Below are positions 56,871 through 64,000 of a DNA stretch of 64,000 nucleotides, piece by piece. Under the pieces are notes generated by a model, which saw nothing but the letters and a program-made list of their open reading frames with translations, was not told the origin of the DNA and ran no database searches. The DNA is from Chrysomallon squamiferum (taxonomy: Eukaryota; Animalia; Mollusca), in the NCBI GenBank assembly GCA_012295275.1, contig CM022672.1, positions 1,302,001-1,366,000 of the forward strand, in the 5' to 3' direction. How positions within the stretch are numbered: position 1 is the first letter of the stretch; each line of letters starts with the position of its first letter. A program made the position numbers and the translations under genes.

Positions 56871-56940
56871 TATATTCATTCATTCATACTTACACATATA
56901 TTCACAAGCATACATATATACATACATACATACATACAGA
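56652..56940. repeat. (TG)n tract followed by (CA)/(TA)/(CATA) microsatellites
   Basis: Directly visible. Confidence 0.93.
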
Positions 56941-57606
56941 TTTATATATAGACGACACAAAGGATACAGAAGTCTAAAAATAAACGAACAACTGAACGCA
57001 CAAAAGAAATACAAACAAAAGAAAAGAAAGCAAAACAGATAAAACAGTTAAATAGTAAAAGAAAAAAAAAAAAAGCAAAGAAATAAATCTTATCACGAGA
57101 AATTTTTCAAACTGACAAATTGTAATTATCATTTTTCATCGTGTCACGAGTATAAAGTTGTTAGCACCTTCTCTAAATGATGTTGTTCAGATTCAGAACA
57201 CTGGCAGTTTATGTGTTTCCCTGTAACAAAAAACTTGCCATTAACTTCACTTTGAACTCGAAAAAGTGTTCACACTCATTCGTACTTATCTGTGTGTCTG
57301 CAGGTGTTAGCTGAGTGTGTGTAGATACGATGAACTGGTAATCTCTGGCAGAACGTCAACAGTCAGCTCTTTAAAGAAACGGTTGAAGATTGGTCGTAGA
57401 TTTGTTTCTCGGTGTTGCGAGGATCTTGAGAGCAGGTGTTGCCCGCGAGGTAATTTCTCGTTCCAAACAATAATTAAAAGAAGAATTTGAGGAATAACAA
57501 AGATTATAAAAAAAAAGTCCTGTGTTGTAAGCCTTTGCATTGACGTGATAGAATTATTTCAGGAATATATACGGGAGACATCTGGTAATATAACGTTATT
57601 GTTTGT

Positions 57607-57875
<269 letters not shown>

Positions 57876-60800
57876 TGCAGAGAAAGAGATATTTAAAGAA
57901 AACAAAAGACAACTGATCATTTATTAACTTTTATACTCATAAATAATGATTCGACTGGACACTCATAACAAACTGTAAACAGATAAGTTGTCAAAGTTAA
58001 ACTAATTAATGGCTTTGAATGTTATTCATCACCTCAGTTCCTAGCGGTAATAACGTGAGGAATTTTTCCATAAAACTAATATATATCAGCAGAACCTGCC
58101 CGCGCTTAACAAAACACTGCAGTGTGTTGTATTTATCTAATTCAAAGTGTGATTAATTATATATAGAATATGTTATAAATTCATTGTAACAAGACACAAA
58201 GCAACTGCTATTTCACACGTGTTTAATCTAGCGGTTTTAAATCCCAGTGCACCTTGTATAACATCCAAGTACGAAGTACGAAGGATAATAAATTAGGAGA
58301 GAAACAATCACTGTCACTTATTAACATCAGTAATTGTTTTCGCGGCTTGTAAATTTGACAGTGTCTGTGTATTGTAGCGTATTAATAATAATAATAATAA
58401 TAATAATAAAAAGTTTAAAAAAAAAAAAATAATAATAATAATAATAAATTTACCCAGAATATCAGTTACACAGAAAAGTGAAAAATCCTGCATACTGTTT
58501 GCATGAAATAAAAATGGAATTCATATTCAGATTGAAGCTGAATTAATCCGAAACTGTTTCGGTGCCAGGTTTTCAGGATAATGGATTCTTCGTCTGTACT
58601 GTAATCTAGAGAACAAAACAACAGAATAATATCTGTTCTGGCAAACATTATCAGCTTGCGTTTTTCGTTCTGACTGCACACACTGTCATTCGGGTAATAA
58701 AACAATTAGCAATTGCCTGGAAGTAGTTAGATCGTAATCAGTATGTGCGCAAAAGTAGAATTAATATTAATATTACTGGTTATTCAAGTATTCTGCTTTT
58801 AAGCTCATAACCGTTTGAAGTGATATCGCTATCGTTTACCAAACAAACCATTACTCATAGTTAAGTGATCAGTTCAATTGTTTGTCATGACAGATGCACT
58901 TTTAACTGAATGAAAGGAATACGCGGGCAGGTGTAAGGTGGGCTGGCTTAGGTAAAATGGACTACATAATTACCTGATTTAAATTCCATAGTCTCTTGTA
59001 GGATTTCTATTTTTATTTTTTTTTATTCTATTTTTTTTATTTTTTTCTATTAGTTATTATTATTTTTTTTTTTTGACTTCAGATCAAAGTGACTGAAGAT
59101 TATTTTTCACGTAATTTAGAAGTAAACTGTGCTACCTGCATAGTTTACAAGTGGATCAGACGTATTTGGTTTTCAAGACAAATGCAGACAGCTGAGTATT
59201 GCAGATCAACGCATTGGTGAACTCACCGGTCAGTTTTCTGTCAGAAAAACGCGTCAGAGGAGACACAGTTGTAATCTGTGCTTGAAGTGGAATCCAGTGA
59301 TTGTTCGTTTTAAATACATGATCTATCGCAGGATCAATCAAACTCTGAGTTCCCTCTGGCTATTTCCTGTTCTAGTTCGTGTCCCAAAACTGGTACAAAA
59401 TAATATATATTTAAACATTAAAAAAATAAAGACGTATTTGATGGATTTTATCCACTAATTTCTGTTTTCTAGCTTAACCAGCTTTCTGATTATTTTCCGT
59501 TCTTTTCCTATGAATATACAAATCGTATATGCAGACATTGGCTGTTTCAAGGAGTGCGTAGGTTAAAGTGAATTTATTTGATGGATTTATTATAATGGGC
59601 ACATACCACTGTACAACAATAAAACATTATATCTCTCATTTTGTATTTCAAGTAAATAAAATAAAATAGTAATAATAATAAAAAAATAAAAATAAAAAAA
59701 TAAAAAAGACCATTTCCTATTTTCCATAGCTTTACAACTCACAGATAATTTGTAAGTGTTATTATATTTTCTTGGCACTAATACAGTTTGTCAGATTAAT
59801 TATGTTAAAAAATAACCTGAACTTGGATGTAATGTGAACTTGTTAATTCCAGAGGGGAAAAAAACAAACACCCAAATCATCGAAGATATAAACAAAAGGA
59901 AAATAAAAATAAAAATGTAGACAACCAAATAATGTGGCATTTGCTATAAATAATACCTATTACATTTCTGGCTAATTATAACTAAACAGAAAAGGGGAAA
60001 CGTTCAGAGCATTAACCACTGTGCCAAGTTAGAGAAGTTCATCACCTCGTAAAGTTAATATTTTGTCTAACCAGTTATTATTATTATTATATTTATTATT
60101 AATTTTTTTTTAGTTGTTTCAAAATGATAACGTACCATAAATCATGAAATTAACGCGCTATTAAATTAAAAGCTGGAGGCCGAAGTCAGCTGAAAGTAGA
60201 AACTAACACACGAGGCTGTTTTCCAAGTTAAACTGTTTTTCTTTGACTTTCAATCAGACTGCAACATCGTCCCGATATTTCAGAAACTGATGCGTACTCT
60301 CTGATACGTGGTTTTCATGATGGCTGAGTGTTGTGTAAACAGCACTGTCTGGAAGCAGTCTACAGCCAACTACATGTGTAAAAGAAGAATTTACTACATT
60401 TGTGATATAAGTTTCAGTTAATAAAATGTACCAGCATATTTTTACAAAAGTGAATTAGAAATAAAAGAGTCATATTATTAATGTGAATCATATTAAACGT
60501 TTTATTCGCATTAAAACTATGACTGCATTAATATGTTCTTCTTTTTCTTCTTCTTCCTTTTTTCTTCTTCTTCTTCCTCTTCTATAACTATTAATACTAT
60601 TAATACTACTAATACTAATACTTCTTCTTCGTCGTCTTCTTCTTCTTTCGCCTGTTTGGGATATTTTCCATTCCAACCAGTCTCACGATTGATAATGTAA
60701 GTAACTGGTATGTGCTGTCCTACAACACCTCTTGATGTAAGAGAATCACACGCTGTATCGGGTTTCTCCTCTCATCATTATACAAAAAATACACTGTTTA

Positions 60801-61021
60801 ACAACGTGTCCGCACAACAAACGTCCATCCTTCAATCAGTCCGTGTGTCTGAAGTCCTTTCATTCTTCATTCATTCATTCATTCATTTTTCTTTTTCTTT
60901 TACATCTTTTTAATCTTCATCATATTCTTCCTGTTGTTATTACTGATGTTGTCATTATCATCTTCGTCGACGTCGTCTTCTTCATAATCAGTATTTCATC
61001 ATTCTTTCTTTCTTTCTTTCT

Positions 61022-61065
<44 letters not shown>

Positions 61066-62068
61066 AGTACCTCTCCATTAATCGGTTCAGTCATTTTACA
61101 GTTATTAAATAAAAACAATAATAAATGAATTAAGCAAACCATCCGCCGTGTCTGTCAGTTCAGATCAACGCCTGAGACAGACTTTGCTCTGCACTGAAAA
61201 TATTGGTAATGCTCCCCGTGCTCATTGAACAAACGGCGCATATCAAAGTATCTGGAACACAAACCGCTTACAGCTGGCCACGAAATAATTTCACCACAGA
61301 TCGACAGGCGATAAAGGTAAAGCATTTTAGTCGAAACTGTTTATTAGTCGCAGCCACTCTTTTCTTTGTGCTGCCAGTAAAAGATAATACGTATTTTACA
61401 CGAATGTATTTTTCTCCAGATTAATTAAAAGTCGCCGCACACTGAACGGGGGCAATAAAAAGAAGCCAATCGCCTCAGGCTGTTGTGGCAATTTGATTTC
61501 ATCGCTTCAGTTGTTTTGTGAATGGAGGAGCGCTGAGAGGAATGAAAGAACGTGCGACACGTGTTTCTCGTATCAATGCAGTGATAGGTTTTTGTTATTA
61601 AAGATTCGACAATAGAACGTGAGTGTCCTGTTAATGTGTTAATAATGCACGATTGTTAAATTACGGAAATAAAACAGCTTTTAGTTATAATTTTCATCAA
61701 AGATAATGTTTCAGGTGCAGTTTTCGTTCTTAAGTGAAAACAATTTTATGACGTTATAATGGATACGAAAAATATATCTTGCAGAGTTGCTTCTGTTTTC
61801 TCCTCGAACTTCCAATGTAAATACTCTGCAAAATGTAATTTCCATGAATCTACAATTAAGTTAAACGGAATTAAAAACTTCTGCGAATCTGTTTGATATA
61901 ATCAACAATCTTAAACTTTTTTCAGTATGATTATGATTATGCTTATGATTATTTATTTATTTATTTAAAATTTTATTTTAGAGTTACATTTCTGACTCAG
62001 ACACAGGTGTATATGCATAATGTGTTTGTATATGTCTGTGTGTATGTGTGTCTGTGTGTATGTGTGTC

Positions 62069-62106
<38 letters not shown>

Positions 62107-62107
62107 A

Positions 62108-62138
<31 letters not shown>

Positions 62139-63815
62139 TTCAGACAGAACATTATATAATCAAAACTAAAAAATATTTAACTACATAACTATTCATTAAA
62201 ATGTATCAGTGATTTCGCTATCGGTATACTTCTAGCACGAAAACCTATTCGGAATTGGTAACCCCGAACAAGTCATCAACAAAATGCAAACCTCTACGTT
62301 AAAAAAAAAAAACTTTCCTTTTCATTTATTTTTTACTCCAAGAGGTTCAAACAGCTAATAACCACAGCAAAAACCAGCGATGGTCCAGAAAGTGCAGTAT
62401 GTTTATTTTAATTCCACGGTGGTTCAAAGTACTATGTTTTAAATCGCGACGGGGCAAAGTACCAAAGTGCAATCTGACTGATACCTCGGGTCAAGACACT
62501 TAACCGTCTTATTTGTTCGGCTATCGATCGATATCTCGATATAATCGTTGTCGAGTGCATTCACACTGTGTGGAACTGCCCGATACTCATCTGTGTTTCA
62601 AACCGGTAAAATAGCTTGTGTTTGAGTTCCGTGTTAATGTCTATGTTTCTAACCATTTCAAAACGGTAACGGGGATTTTTTAAAATATTATTATTTACTG
62701 TTATGTAGAAAATATGTAGAAAAATGACGTTAATATTTAATAGATATTACGTAAACAGACCACATATATGCATACAGTTATACTGTTATTAATAAATGTT
62801 CCTGTACTTAATAGGGTATCTATCCTACATTCATTTCTTCATTTTTTATGAGTTTTTAATTTCTTTTGAACTGTATATTTTATTATTTATTTTGGTTGTT
62901 ATTTAATTTAATTTTTTTATTTCTTCTTCTTCTTCTTCTTCATCTTATTATTGTTGTTGTTGTTGTTGATGATGTTTTACTGTTGTTGTCACTGCTGTTC
63001 TGATTGCCTCTATTATTATTTCTTCTTCTTTTTTCTTTTTTTTTTGTCTTGTTATCATCATATTCATCATTTTCGTCGTCGCTATTACTTTTATTATAAT
63101 CATCGTAGCCGTTGTCTTTGATGTTTTTATTTAATCTTTCATTCATTTATGTTTCTAAAAATTATTCTTCGCATCATTCATTTTATCGTTATTGTTGTTG
63201 TTGTTTTTGCTGTTGCTGTCGTTGTTGTAAGTTAGTAATATCAGAACAACGTACACACTGCTCTCAAGAACACATATCACAACGACCCGGACGTTGTTGT
63301 TTGTTTTCTTGTGGTATTTTTTTTTTATCCATTTGTTGTGACTCATATGTGAATCATGCTTATAAAAGACACATAAAGTTTTTTTTAAATTATTTTGACA
63401 TTTTAAGAATTATTTATTCAGAAAATACTAAACATAAACTTTACGATGACATAAATCTTATTAAAACTGATGATTTGAAATACAGTAACAGTATTTTTAA
63501 ATTTCACAGGTGAAAAGCTAAAGAAATCAGATTGGCACGTAAGTGTTTGCATTTTTTTTAAAAACATTTCTGAATGTTAAAACTTGTTTAACAACTTTCA
63601 CGTGGATCAAATTCAGCGATATTTCGAGATTAAAGATGTTCGAAAATTTATCGTAGAATTTATCACAAAATGTTTCTATGATTTTAAACTACATACTTGC
63701 TAGTGCCAGGTTTCCCACAAAAAATAGATTCACGCAAAATGACGAAAGACAAAGAACGGCGTGCTTCGTGGGAAGCGATGATTACCCTCGGTTACTGAGT
63801 AACTTTTATAAGGTT

Positions 63816-63950
63816 GTCTCGGTGACCGAACGGTAAAATCGTGCGGGAGTACGTTCGAGTCTCGTCAACGGCATCTGACGGGGTTTCTGAAGTCGTGATT
63901 GGACTTTGTCCTCCTTCGCCATACGCCAGTGCGTTCACGAATATTGTCTG
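63816..63950 (+). mobile_element. Possible tRNA-derived SINE head (degenerate)
   Basis: A-box-like TGACCGAACGG at 63823-63833 and B-box-like GTTCGAGTC at 63853-63861, followed by a GC-richer body. Box spacing is too short and the stems too weak for a real tRNA. Confidence 0.4.
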
Positions 63951-64000
63951 TGTGCAGTCTAATCAGACATACATAAGACAGAGAATGTTCAAAATCCTAA

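Noticed and set aside
63816-63875. Functional tRNA gene
   Set aside because: No anticodon arm or proper acceptor stem can be folded; box spacing is too short.

Overview
AT-rich, microsatellite-dense animal genomic DNA. It is probably molluscan; that is inferred from the protein and the repeat landscape, not proven. There is one credible protein-coding region: an uninterrupted 464-aa class A GPCR at 45582-46976 (+) with the signature of an invertebrate 5-HT7-type serotonin receptor. All other ORFs in the track are translations of simple repeats, antisense shadows or short chance ORFs. The rest is non-coding: long di/tri/tetranucleotide tracts, several minisatellites (largest a ~1.4 kb 20/39-bp array at 16.4-17.8 kb), a ~150-bp dispersed duplication, degenerate SINE/MITE-like remnants, and short GC/CpG-richer islands with clustered transcription-factor motifs and splice-like signals. 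These islands suggest a long spliced 5' leader and an extended regulatory region for the receptor. I found no CRISPR array, RNA gene, transposase or prokaryote-style system, and I cannot support a claim of a new biological system. The findings are testable hypotheses about regulation and repeat evolution.
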